This document shows positions 12,274 through 25,180 of a DNA stretch of 58,999 nt, piece after piece; within the stretch, counting starts at the first letter, position 1, and the number at the start of each line of letters is the position of its first letter. Origin of the DNA: Phoronis australis (Eukaryota; Animalia; Phoronida). A model generated the notes under the pieces. It was not told the origin of the DNA and did not search any database. It saw nothing but the letters and a program-made list of their open reading frames with translations. The position numbers and the translations under genes were made by a program. The DNA lies in contig NMRA01000180.1 of assembly GCA_002633005.1 (NCBI GenBank), positions 699,995-758,993 of the forward strand. Direction: 5' to 3'.

Positions 12274-13907
12274 CACGTTTGAGGAAACATTTTAGATGTT
12301 TTGCAAAGTTATGTGCTCTCTACGTAAACTGTTTTGCATGTTTATAATTGTTTAGAAAAATCCACGCGCACTCAACACTCAAGAATACTTTGCAGGCGTC
12401 AGCGTCTAAACTTTTGTGACAAAGGGCATAGGATTATTTCCCGGGGCTGGGGGAGTTTCTCCCCACGTTCGGGCAAAAATGCCCCAGCAGTTTAGGTATC
12501 TCCAATTAAAAAGCAGTGTGTGTCGCCTACACGCACTTGAAAACTGGCTCTTTGTAATACGTTCAAAAAGTCCGACGCAGCTTGTTCTACAGAGATGTCT
12601 CAGAGAGCATTACCTGAACTAGATATCTAAATTCAATAAAACAACTGTTAGAGAACACTAAGCTCGCTTCCCACTCACGCCCCATAACTGACATTGTAAT
12701 CAACTGTTGGTCTTTTACCTTTTTGAAATTATTTATGAAGCACACGATGGAGAGGGACCTGACGATTACAACAATTGTTGCTCTTTTCTTGTGTTCGAAG
12801 TCCTATAAATTAACCTTTCATATTCAGTGAGTTTCTCTTGGAAGGTTGCCGGATGATGGAATCTAAGACCGCTCATTTCCGGTGTTTATTTATACCCCTT
12901 TGGATTTTGATCTTTTGCTTACTTCACATCTACAAAAACTGAATTTAGTTTTCCCGTTTCGGCCGACATTTTCTTACATCAGCGTATTTTACGCATACGT
13001 TTTTTTTGGATTTTGAGTACCTCAAATTTTCGGGTCTTGGCTTCCATACGCCCATCGCATTTTCTCCAATATAAGGAAAATAGTGGATCACCGACTTGGT
13101 TTTTGTTCAAACAGCGTCACAGAAGATTGTGCAATTTGACTAAATTCTCAAAAACGCCCCAATTTCAAGGTTATGATTACCTCATTAACTTTCATTTGAT
13201 GACGACTATGTTATGATGTTGGCATTTAAAGATCTGTGCAATCTAAAAGAAGAAGGTTTTCCTTTAGTAAACTAAACATTGCTGCATTAATTAAGTCATA
13301 CCTACTGTCTCCACTTGGGTTTGCCTCTTGTTTTATGTGACATTGCGAAATCTATTGTCGCTCGCCATTGCTAAACGACAGAATAGCAAACATTCAAACC
13401 TAACTCAGCGTTTTTCAAATTAATTTATCTTGTTGTTTGAAATAAACGACCGTGTTCAACTGTTGTATAATCAAATCAGTGGAGTAAACAAACGACAGCT
13501 TTACCGGTTTTGGGCAAACTGCGTCAAATATCCCTCTTCTGTCGTCCACACCTCTAACGGAGAACTTACCGATTCCACAAAGAACCAGAGAGCAGTTCAC
13601 TAAGAGGCACAAGAAATAAGATATATTAAATGTCACATGGCAGAAATAAAATGTTAACAGTTACAAGAGCATGTCACGAAAAGGCCACAAACGCACAGGG
13701 CGCACGATATTGGTTATAAATTATATACACTGCATAATAAGCAACTCAATTGCTGGCACGGAGAACGGAGCCTGCGATCTGCACATCCAATGTAGGCTTT
13801 TCACAATTAAGTTGCAAAGTCTTCAAATTTCAAATGCCGGTCATTCTCTACATACCGAATGGGATTGTTATCTACTATCTAATAATTCTCCGGCTGTGCC
13901 AGTCCAC

Positions 13908-14253
13908 TGCATACGTTCATGCATACACACATATCTACATAGGCCTATGTATGTATGCATACATGTACGTTTTTATGTACGCATTTGTGTACGTAGGCCT
14001 ACTTATGTGAGGTCATATGTATGCATGTGCATTTGGTCGTATGAATGTATGTGCATGCATGGATGCAAGCATGCATGCAAACGATCAAATGCACATGCAT
14101 CAATGCGACCATACATACGTAAGTGCACGAATGCATGTATTAAAACGATCAAATGCACATGCATCAATGCGGCCATACATACGTAAGTGCACGAATGCAT
14201 GTATGCAAACGTTCATGTCATACACACATGCACACATACATACATACGTACAT
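13908..14253. repeat. Alternating purine-pyrimidine (CATA/TGCA) low-complexity tract with a 64-bp tandem duplication and an internal inverted repeat
   Basis: Units start at 14079 and 14143; GCATGTGCATTTGGTCGT pairs with ACGATCAAATGCACATGC. Confidence 0.85.
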
Positions 14254-16287
14254 AAAGCAAACTTCTAGCAGTACATCTCAATTAAAGGGACATTTGTTCT
14301 CAGAAGAGCCTCGGCACGGATTCGATGAAACTGCAACATCCTTGGTCACAAAGTCACACTCTAATGGCAGAGCTGGAATCCCAATCCATAAATGGCAGAT
14401 TATTTCAAGCGTAATTCGTAAAATCACCGGCCTTGATTTCAGCAAACGTCTGACAAACAGCGACAAGAAACGACAATTTGCAATCTTAAAAAAGCTTCTT
14501 TTTGTTTTGTGTTTTAGTCAAAGTTTACTTCAAGAAGTCTCTATCATCTAGCAATAATATTCAACAAGCGTTTTTCGGTCGTAAAACGGACAACGTCCCT
14601 TTAAATGACGGCCCATGATTCAAAATTTAGCTTGAAAAGGCATTTTCACTACTGCACGCTTAGGACACATTCAGCTGTCATACAGAGTATTATAATTTGT
14701 TCATCCTCGAAGTTCCTTTGTTGTTTGGGTTTGCTGACGACTCCAGTCTCATCCTCTATTGTATACATCACCTGGAACAAAATTCCACTTTTACTTTTCT
14801 ATAGTACAAGTATTTACTTTTGTTACTTTGAACGCAATTCCGACACTATTTTGAAGTTTATTCTTAAGCGGTAGGACCAGTTGTCGATTGGACGAACAGT
14901 AAAGCTTGAACCGTCCTTATTTGACGGGAAAGAGTAAAATTGAGCTGTACAACCCGAATGGTCTTATGCCGGAACTTTGAATTTAGGCTACTAATTGTCA
15001 TAATATTAGTCTGGGTTTGTTCCTCATTCAGGTTAGAGCTGAGTTGAATGCTTGATAAGAGTTGGCAGTTAGTTATTGCTGAAGAACAAGATGGTCAAGT
15101 TGTTGGTCACGGTTGCTTCGCTATAGTCGCTGGTGGGAGCAGTATGGACATCAGAGAAATCCCAGAAGTTTTATAATAGCCATCAAGCAAGGAAGAAATA
15201 TGCGTTAACAGTGGGATGAAAAACACCTGTGAAGAAAGTGAATTTTGACACCAGACTATGGTCGATATATCGGCTTTAGACACTTGCGGTTACCCTAAAA
15301 GTAGCTTAATTGGTGCAAAGCTGTAAACTAAAAGTTAGTTAGTCTTTATACAGCTTGGACTATCTACTGAAATAATGCAATACTCACCATAGTTTCAGGA
15401 GAACGGTTTTATATGTATCTCGTCTCCAACAACGCCTATGTAACTGTCCGCTGGTAGTGGGCCAAAGCTGTAAAATATTCGGGCACTAATTACCACTTGT
15501 CGGTATAAAAACATGTATTTTTATTCCGATGTTTAGTGACAACGTATCTGCCACTATTATGATTAAAAAATTTTGCAGGTCTGAGATATTTTACGGTTCA
15601 GGTAACCACGAGGACAATTTGGTACAGGGAATTTTTATAGAGTTATGTGTTTGTGGGTAAATCGGTGTGCTCCGACAACGGTTGGACCCATTACATGCTC
15701 CCAGGAAGTTAAAAAGTGATCACGTGCTTCACAGCTAATGATGGTTATTCGGTAAACCAACCCTTAAATTTAAATATGTTTAAAAGTCCGCACAGTGAAA
15801 ATGTAAAATCAAGAGCCATGCTCATCACACTCGAATTGCACATCAAACATTAACCCGTACGCGTCGAAAATGCAATCGTGTGAACACATTTATCTTAAGA
15901 AATAATACAGCGAACATAACTGCAGGGAAATCAAGCTCTTCGAAAGAACTTATTCACTCGAAGATTCGACTTTTTTGTCACTCCGCCATTTGCACTGTTT
16001 AATCTACCGGTGAACTCACTACATGGCGTCACCAGGTCAAAAACTAAGGATAGAAGATGGCAGCTGTTACTAGAGCAAGGTAAAAAGAGTCGAAATATGA
16101 CCGGTAAGACTGTTTGCGGTTTTCTAAGCGTGTCAAGAGAACTTGATTTTGTTAGTACTAACTCACTGAAGAAATTAACGTTCCTCACATTCTTTTGGTT
16201 TACATCCACTTCACCAAGTGGTGAAAAGCCCCCCCTGGTGGAATTTCAGTTCTGCACAAGAGCTGAGCATTGACTACTTCATTGTTA

Positions 16288-16797
16288 TGAAATTCCAAGC
16301 CTGTCACTTCGAATTCCAAGTCTGACACTAGGTAACGAGTGTTTGTTTTACACGTTTACGCGTGCATATTTTACACGTTTACGCGTGAGGGTGAACTTTT
16401 AAATTGATGCGGTTTCCGATTCCTGAGCCAATGAACGGAGGAAGTACATTCACCAGATGACGTCAACGATCGCGTAATTAATACCCCCACTTGACACCTC
16501 CACTAACGTGTAAAATTCAGAATTGTGCAGGAATATGGGTAACAGACGGCGAATTGACGACATTTTGAGAGAACTGCAAGGGTTTCATGTCCATAACTCC
16601 CGGTGATGTCATTGTGTAATTCGGCACTTCATGTCATTTATATGACTTGGGGTCAAGCGCCTTTCGGGGTTGGACTGAATTGCGTATTGGCAGAGCATTA
16701 ACCCGTTACAAAATAGATTAAAGTGTAAATGGGTCAACGCAAAAGTATTGACGTGTAAAACCCGCACGCGTTACCTGCAGATAGACTTGGAATTCCA
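16288..16797. mobile_element. MITE-like element with TIRs and TA flanks, plus an adjacent partial terminus at about 16813-16895
   Basis: TA|TGAAATTCCAAG...CTTGGAATTCCA|TA; inverted GTTTTACACGT blocks near both ends. Confidence 0.55.
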
Positions 16798-18553
16798 TAC
16801 TCCCAGTTGTCAACGCGTGCGGGTTTTACACGTTAATGTCTACAGGCTTGACTCATTAACGTGCTAATTTATTCCGTAACGGTTTAATACGTTGCAAAGA
16901 TGGGTGTTCACCACGACCGAGGCTGGTACATAGAGGCCAGAAGTGGTTAGTTATTTAGATTTCGGTATACATCCGCACTTAAATACGACAGCTTGACCCT
17001 TTCATTTATGGGTGAATATTATCCAGTAACTTACAGAAGCAGTAGAATCCGTTACTGTTGCTGTCTTGCTGAAATTAATATAAATAATGCAATGAGAAAT
17101 AACCCCAGAGAAGAGCCTTGTGGCCGAGTGGAGCTGAAGTGTTAATGATATGGTGAGCGGACGGTTTCCCAGAGACTGATTTCAACTCTTTGAAGCAATC
17201 TTAATAATAACTAGCTGGAACCCGTGCTTCGCACCATCACCAGCTAGTGTAAGCGAATCAGCTTTAGTCGGTTTACCCTAGACTTGGGAAGTTGCCCTGG
17301 TGTGATATATGTTTCAGTTATCAAACCAAAACATCACCTATGAAAGCTGTGCTGTTATCAATACGTTTAAGTATTATTTGCTATTGTCGTCCATTTTGTT
17401 ACCTTATCGAATTTCATTTTTTGTTGAAATCCATTGTCATAGTTATTTCACCGTACATAAATGTGATGGTGGCAATACCACGAAGTAGATACACGCATTG
17501 TATTTTTATTACCATACTTCAAATTCACATGTACAGGTCTTTTCATGAATGTACGTTTCACGTGTTTAACTGCAGTGAACAAAGTCCTCAATCAAACTAT
17601 CTTGGTGCTATTCCCATCATAGTAGAGCGTGGAGTCGATTGCTGAGCAATTAGAATGTGGCAAAGCCTGGAGAAAGCGCACTGGCATTGGCATAAAAAAT
17701 ACAGCAGCTTCTGCGGGGCACGTGTCACACAGTGTTCGTCCTTCAGCAGCAAATAAATGTGCTGGCCCACTGGGTCAGTTACTTGAATATGAGACCGCAT
17801 CCACATACATGTACGGCCTATATATGAAAGTTTACGGGCCCCGCCTTAAATCTACTTGCCCCAGGCCACCATGTATTTCGAACGCTGGTCTCACACTGTG
17901 TTTTCTTCCAGAAAATGGAGTCTAACCACATGCCTCTTTCAACGTATCCACTACCTGACGTTGAATTGCACGCATATATTCAAACGTTCGATTGAGTTCA
18001 CAGAGAATTAAATTTCGTAGGCTGTAAATTTCAACGACCTTTGCCCAATAAAATTCTTTGCTCCCTATTTTCCAATTATGAAGATGAGATTTTCAACCAA
18101 TAATTGAGATTTTAAAATAATTATTTACATTAAAGCATTTCCAATATTGAGTTGTGTTTTCGTAATAACCGGTACCTGTAAAATAGAAAAGAAAAACAAC
18201 GATCAAAAATACTTGGAAGCCATTTTGATACATCAGTGCTCTCCACGACCTGTTTTAACGTGTCGCTTCAACAGCGTAGAGTCTTGCCTTTCAGCGAAGT
18301 CCTAGCGTTACTGAACTCAGGGCAGGTTTGTCGGTACTTCCATCAGGTTTGAGTCAGTAACCGCAACATACGGGCATTTTTGCCCGTAACAAAGAATGCC
18401 TGCCAGGTCGAGTGTAGTTACATATTTCTGACAGGTTTGGATTTTCACTGACTATTACGTGGCATGACAAACACAACATAAAAATTCACGATATGAATGC
18501 GATTCTAGACGTGATCAATCTCATATGATAACTTGAAAACTTTCAACCATTAA

Positions 18554-19507
18554 AGTGTACGCAACATGAGTCTAGTACCTCAAAATAAATTTTATTATTA
18601 TATCTTACTTGATTTCAGTGCCTTTAGTGCACAGCTCATACAGAAACACGCAAAAATTGAAAAAAAAATAACAATTATGTACAACGTCATGGGTTGAACC
18701 CAAGTCGTTCGGCACACTGTTCGGATCAGCAACTAAGTGTATAGAGTGAAGTGAAAGTAAAGTATATTTAGCGTCGAGAAGGTTCGTAAAGGGATGAAAA
18801 GATGTGTTTTCGGAGGCTGCAGCAACAGCAGTCAGACGGAGAACGTCTCGGTGTTCCGAAGGACGCCAAAGTTGCGCAGTAGTGGCATCGCTTCGTGCGC
18901 CGAACGAGAGTGTGGGACCTCAGCGTGGACCAAGCGATTCCGTCCGGGGCCACTCTGTTTTCTGCCCACTTTGAGGAGTCGTTTTTCGACTCCAGTCAGA
19001 GGAGATGTTACGATGAAGGCCTGGTTCAATAAAGGACAATATTTACTATTCAGAAACATCGGCTCTTTATTCAGAATCGTCTGTTGGATGACTGGGTTGA
19101 CTGGCCGAGCCCGAGGCCGCTTCTCTCGCGGGAGGATCCAGTTCGAGGCCTCAAAGTAGAAAAGTACGCAGCTGAAAACATATCAAACTTGTTCTCGCTT
19201 TCGTGCAACCCCATTTCGTCATCCTGGCCACCATTCTCATACGTTTCTTCATAGTATTTGTTCATTTCTTGCTCATAATCGTTGTCGCTTTCGAATTCCT
19301 TACTCTCCGCCGTTGTTCAATGCTAGTCGCTGATCTCTTGTGTTGAACACATTGCGGGAAATGTGAAAATTGGCAAAATTGAAAGAGAAATCAAAATTTC
19401 GAGCTAATGACACAAAATATTTATGGATTTAGCCAAATTTTACGTCATACATTTAGCCTGTGGCCACCGGTAATTCGAAATGTGCAAAAATCCATGGTGT
19501 GTACTGT
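18554..19507. mobile_element. Internally deleted TTAA-flanked (Kolobok-like) element with a THAP remnant
   Basis: TTAA at 18550-18553 and 19508-19511; termini AGTGTACGCAACATG / rc ACAGTACACACCATG; frameshifted THAP on + from 18794 (MKRCVFGGCSN...SAHFEES); acidic ORF remnant on the opposite strand, about 19070-19310. Confidence 0.65.
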
Positions 19508-20538
19508 TTAAAAGAAAGTGCCCTACGGCATTATGCCATTCAGTAAAAGTCCAATGTGGCAAAAGGTTGACCCAGGTAACCATTAACACCTGACCTGATG
19601 CGGGAAATCCCGAACACTTGAAACTGTCTTTGTTTACGATTAACTCATTTTGAACCCAAAATGTAAAAATGAGGTGATTGTCTACTGTATATCATTACAG
19701 CGTTCTGTCGTTCAGTAACTTTTCCTGACGTGAAGGGTGCTGAACGTGCGATAACATCTGGTTCTTTTGTTAACTGCCCAGCTCAGTCTTTTGTCCCGTA
19801 TGATAACAAGCAGGCCAATTACCTCCCAGACTTCAAAGAAAACGTATGGTTGGGAGCAACGGGATGTCGCCGTCATGTGCTATTCCACAACAGGACTGAT
19901 TCCACATCAGGACTTAACGCCAAAATGAGTGATTAAATCGGGAAACGTGAAACGTTTGAATAGTTGACTCTGTGGGCTAGTAGTTGTAAGCCTACGCCGA
20001 AGACGAAGGAAAACGTGACTACATGTGCCTCGGTTCGCTTTTCACAGAACAAGGACAAAAATGGATGTATCTTTGGCATTGCACTAAAGACTGGAATAAA
20101 GGTTGAGGTCTTGACCACTTACCTCTAATATCAAAGTACTTTTAACGGGTCGAATATAAGCGAGGAACTCTCACCTTCTTAATTAGTAGGTCTCAGCACG
20201 CGACCGCAGCACACAGATTACGCCTACGCGCCGGCGAACGGGTGCACATAAAATACCGAGACCGCCCCTTCGCTTTACTCGAATTTTAGAAAATTAGTCA
20301 AAGTTGACAGTAGTTTCTTTGAATTCTCTCGCCGCCGAGTATTGAGCACGCGGCGTAAGCAGTAAACGCAGGTTGCGGACAAATACCCCGGACTGTGTTT
20401 GGCTTCAACTAAATAGCGCGTACGCCGGATCGACTGAGGCCACGACTCATTAAGACAATTAAACACGTCGGGGATTTGAGGCCACAGAAACTGGCGCTTT
20501 CCGTCGCAGAAACAAAAGGAGGCGTCGGGCGGGGGCAG

Positions 20539-20685
20539 CCTCCCGTTCAGTAACGCTAGGACCTCGCTAAAAAGACTTCGCGAAATTACATGAGATATTG
20601 ACGTGTATTTTAAATGAGAACACGTGACTTTGACTAGGTTTTAGCTAGGTCCTAGCGTAGGTCCTAGCGTCTACTGAACGCACGC
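20539..20685. mobile_element. MITE copy 1 (Harbinger/PIF-like, 3-bp TSD CAG)
   Basis: Inverted repeats CGTTCAGTAACGCTAGGACCT at both ends; CAG at 20536-20538 and 20686-20688; near-identical to 22468-22617. Confidence 0.8.
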
Positions 20686-22467
20686 CAGGTCTCAAGATAA
20701 GTCAGAGTACAGACCAGAACACAAGTATGCTTTTTTGGCCTAAGTTGGCTCCGCATAATATCAGAGCGCCCTTCGACATCATAATTCAATAAGCTGCCGG
20801 TATTTTCCATGAGTAGTCGAAACGCATGTCTGTTGTGTGAGCATATTTTATATCCAGAACTTGAAAACTTCATGCACATCGCGAATGTGAATACAAATCG
20901 TAGTTCAAAGGTCAGCACAATAAACTGAGAAAAAGCAAATTGCGCTACGTTTTCGCCGGATTCATACTAGGTCAATGAATTCACTTAAAAGGATACCAAA
21001 CCGGTTTTGGCCTATAAACAGATACTTAAAACGACTTTCCTTCTGAAACAAAATAATGCTTTCTAACGTTTGACAACCCTCAACAGTTTGGAGGAAAATC
21101 TGAAAACTGCTTTCAAAGTCTACCAAATGAGCAAGCGCGACTTAAGCTTTATCGAATTACACAGCAACTGTGGGAAAAGGCTACGCACCAAGGACCCTAA
21201 TGTCCAATTTGTGACATAGGAAGCATGAATTTTTAATTGATTCCTGCCTTTAACTTGGAAGATGCAATGATGCATTAGCAGGTGGCACAACGCAGATTGG
21301 TTGAAATCATCAAAACAGCGTTTAGTATCCTTTAACTGCGAACCGTGAATGAAAATGTTTGTACATGTATGTAATGAAGAATGACAAGACAAAATTCCAA
21401 TTTTTCATTTAGCTCTTAGACTCTCAATCGACCTTCCTAGTATATCGTACATGCCCAATCGTTTTCCAAGTATTCATCGACCGCTGGAGGTCCCATCGAC
21501 CACATTACCGATCAGTGACACGTTAAGTGAGCCACTATTATTATGTGCACAATGTCTTCAACATGACAAAAAACGAGAAAAGTGGCTGTTTGCTATAAAC
21601 CATGTTAACGTCAGCGTATAACTCCTTCTACATACTCCCGATTTTTCTTACACGATTGAATAAAGCATTAACGATGTTTAATCCGACTTTCGTTTGACTG
21701 AGGAGATCGCTGACTAATCACTGCCCGATATAATCCTCGTGCGGAAGTCTAATCCATCTTATTAGCTACACAGTTATTAAACATTATGTACCAGTAGCAA
21801 GTCAAAAATGGCAATGCGCACAGAATGAGAAACAGTTGTCACGCTGGATCCAGCCCCTCGACCCTGCTACTACTTATTAGGCTATGTGGGCCCAAATAAT
21901 ACGTGTCTATATAGTACCAAAACATCCTTCAAAACCGTGGAGGCATGTGTTTCAAGTACTTCGGCTAATTGAGTTACAGTGTATTCGTATAACATAAAAA
22001 CTGGACGAAAATGAACGAAACAAATTTACATATGGTCACAACCACAGAGAAACGAGATCACCAAGGAGAGATTTCTTTAAAGTCTGGTAGACCACGAAGA
22101 GTAGCTCGGCCCAGAACAAAGGAATTTCGATTAGGCTAAACTATGTGTACTTATATACGATGGAGGTGTGCATTCACACATTTACCCGAAACTGAACAGA
22201 TGTACGGTCACCACAGGATTTCTGGAGATTCCGTGAAATGATAACTTCGAATAAAACGACACCTGATGCTGGTGTACACAAAATAACGGTATCAACCTTT
22301 TGTTCCCACACTCGATCAGATGAGCTCTACAGTCCAGTTTGAATGTATTCCAAACAACGTCTTTTTACTATCAAAACTTCTGTCTAGAGTATGATGCCAC
22401 GTCCTACATGCAAGATGGTACCGGCAATCATATGAGTTCGTTTTTACTTCATTCCGGTCGACTCCCG

Positions 22468-22617
22468 CCTCCCGTTCAGTAACGCTAGGACCTCGCTAAA
22501 AAGCAAGACTTCGCGAGATTACATGAGATATTGCCGTGTATTTTAAATGAGAACACGTGGCTTTGGCTACATTTTAGCTAGGTCCTAGCGTAGGTCCTCG
22601 CGTTACTGAACGCACGC
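22468..22617. mobile_element. MITE copy 2 (3-bp TSD CCG)
   Basis: Same sequence as 20539-20685; CCG at 22465-22467 and 22618-22620. Confidence 0.8.
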
Positions 22618-23215
22618 CCGGTTACACGTATGATTTATGTCCTTTGACCGAGGTTCTGCTCATACACAAAGATAAGGCACTTCGTGGCCTATTTTGACCT
22701 ATTTTACATTGACCAATGACTCCATTTTTTCCTTTGGGGTTCGGTTTGCAAATGACGTCACTTTCGGGACTACTTTTGATCTTTGAGCTTACTATCTTTG
22801 ACCGAGGTCCCTCTCAAACACGTCACGTAAACGACTTAACATACTACATGTACTTTCTTACTCTAGACCTAAGGAAGGTGTGGACAAATTACATGACGTG
22901 TCAACACCATAGAGGGGATGCGGCTCCCGAAATAGCATTAATTCTCGTGTTCGAGTGTATAGACAAATATTCTGGCATGACTTTTCAAGCTAAAATTCCA
23001 TGCACGAAGTTCTACAAGGCAATCGAAGTGCGCAGGCAGTGGTCCCCGTTGTATACGAAAAAATGCTTGTGTAGACAGGCTACTCTAGATTAATTCCTAA
23101 AATTTGAAAGTAAACGCGAGTTTGGACAAGAACCCAACTTTCAGGTTGTTCCCGTCCAAAAATCTTTCTCACATTTAATAGATACACTATATTTATAGGA
23201 GAAAAATAAAGCGAC

Positions 23216-23584
23216 TCACAGACGTTTAGGCCTACACGCTGCCGAGTGGCCCTTCCTGACATTGAACAACTTCGTTATTTCCAATCCCGTTTCGCAGGCT
23301 TCCTTCATCATAAGACATTCACTCTCGTAGTACTTTCCGTCAGAAGCGCACACGGGCTTGCTGTAGACATAATCACCAAAATCAGCACATGTGTAACACA
23401 AACACCGGGAACGTGTCCCATCACGCGTTCTGTCGCAATATGCGGCTTTGTGACATTTCGGTTCTCCATATTCATCAAGACAAGGATCTCGAAATCCAAA
23501 ACTTTCAAAATGGAACTTGAAACATGTCTGCACGAACGTCACGACGCAGAGAACAGACACTATACTGTACAAATGATTTGCCAT
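23216..23584 (-). CDS. Intronless secreted follistatin-domain (FOLN + Kazal) protein, 122 aa
   Basis: ATG at 23584; hydrophobic leader MANHLYSIVSVLCVVTFVQT; then ten Cys in follistatin-module spacing with the Kazal signature PVCASDGKYYESECLMMKEAC; ATTAAA on the minus strand at 23174-23179. Confidence 0.8.
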   Translation of the reverse strand: MANHLYSIVSVLCVVTFVQTCFKFHFESFGFRDPCLDEYGEPKCHKAAYCDRTRDGTRSRCLCYTCADFGDYVYSKPVCASDGKYYESECLMMKEACETGLEITKLFNVRKGHSAACRPKRL

Positions 23585-25180
23585 CCGACCATTCACTTCT
23601 CTTCGGAATCCTGACGTTAGGGTCTCAGCAAAACGTGAAAACTTCTTCAAAACAAGCGTGCTCAGTCGACGTACCACGAAAGATATGTAAATTGGTGTGC
23701 CAACCTTTGAATAGTTTCGAAAAATATATTTACGACGAACACATCACTAAGTGGCTTACAGGCTCTGTACATGTGGGAATACTTTAGGCTGGATGCGCGC
23801 ATGATATAGGCTTTCTGGTGGTCGTTTGCCCACTTTAGAATATTCTTTTATCTGATTGGCGTGTTTGTGCGAAATTCCTATGCTGGGTTTGCTGAAATGA
23901 ATATCAAGGGACCGCGTATTAATACAGTTCTAATGCTTCCTCTAATATCAGACCACCAATAATTGTTATGAGCTAATTGCGATTAAGAAATTAACTATAA
24001 CGCAGAAAGCCGTTCCTACTGGTTTTGAAACCGATCGATGACCATCTGACTGCCGCTCGTAAGTTTAACGCAAAACGCCGAAGTTTGGCAAAAATGTTGG
24101 GAGAAATTTGTGCAATGACGTGTTTAGTTTAGTTTTTGTCTTATAACACAGAGGAACTCTCAACAAAGTGAAAGAGAAGAGCTACAAAACACTAACAGCC
24201 CGTGTGGTTCAGAAAACGGGTGTTTTTCTTTGGTACTAAAAAAATAGAAGATGCTACCGACAATCTATTCTGGCTGTTATATTCCTGTTTCAAATGTGTG
24301 ACAAAAATGTAATTAATATTTATTCTCACCTGTGGTGAAGGGAAAAATTTTCTCCGATAAATTTCCAAGTTCCATTCATAAAGTAAACCCCCTTTCAATT
24401 GTACAAGACACAAAAATTACGTTGTTTTCAATTCACTTAATGTTGCCAACCAATAATTATCTGCATAAAATGTTGAGATAAGATAGTCTTGAGGCCAGGG
24501 CTTCCATTTAGACGACTTTTTGGACGTACATGTACAGTAGATGGAAGTCTTAAAAGACAGTATTACTATGTGGCCATTATGTCGTGTTGTCTTTTCTAAT
24601 TTGCTAACAGCCTTGCCGCAAGCAAAATAAACCAGCAAAACGTGAAGCGGGAGGAAACTTGTACTGAGTTCGAGCTAGGACCGGTAGCGGACGAGGGTGG
24701 AAAACACGTTCCGTTTTATTTTTTTTTTAGTCCAACGACAGATTTCCTGAGCAGAAGGTATACATCCTCGGCGCCCGCAACTTCCGGCCGCCTGCGTACA
24801 TACAATCGCGCTTAGCCCGCTTCTCCGAGGATGTCGGGGCCCCGGCCCCCCTCACTATAGGCCTATATGGTATCCTAGATCAGCCACTGAAAATGCTACT
24901 TGAGACAGAGCTATGAGAGCTTGCAAAAGGACGGGGTGCTATTGATGGTGATCGGATCAAGGTCAGTAGAGTTTTCACTGACCCGTCACTCGGCGAAACG
25001 TTAGTCCCCTCTCATGCAGAAGGCCACACACACATGAGGCACCTTTCCGTCCCCTCGGATATGAACGAGGCCTCTGAAGAAACATGATAACAATGCTTGT
25101 TCCAAGGGGGATCCAGGACTTTGAGTTAGGGGGGGGGGGGCAAGGCAGAGTATTAGCCAGGATTTTGCCTGTCAGAAATT

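Noticed and set aside
13671-14551. Cys/His/Met-rich ORFs
   Set aside because: Translations of the CATA/TGCA low-complexity repeat in several frames.
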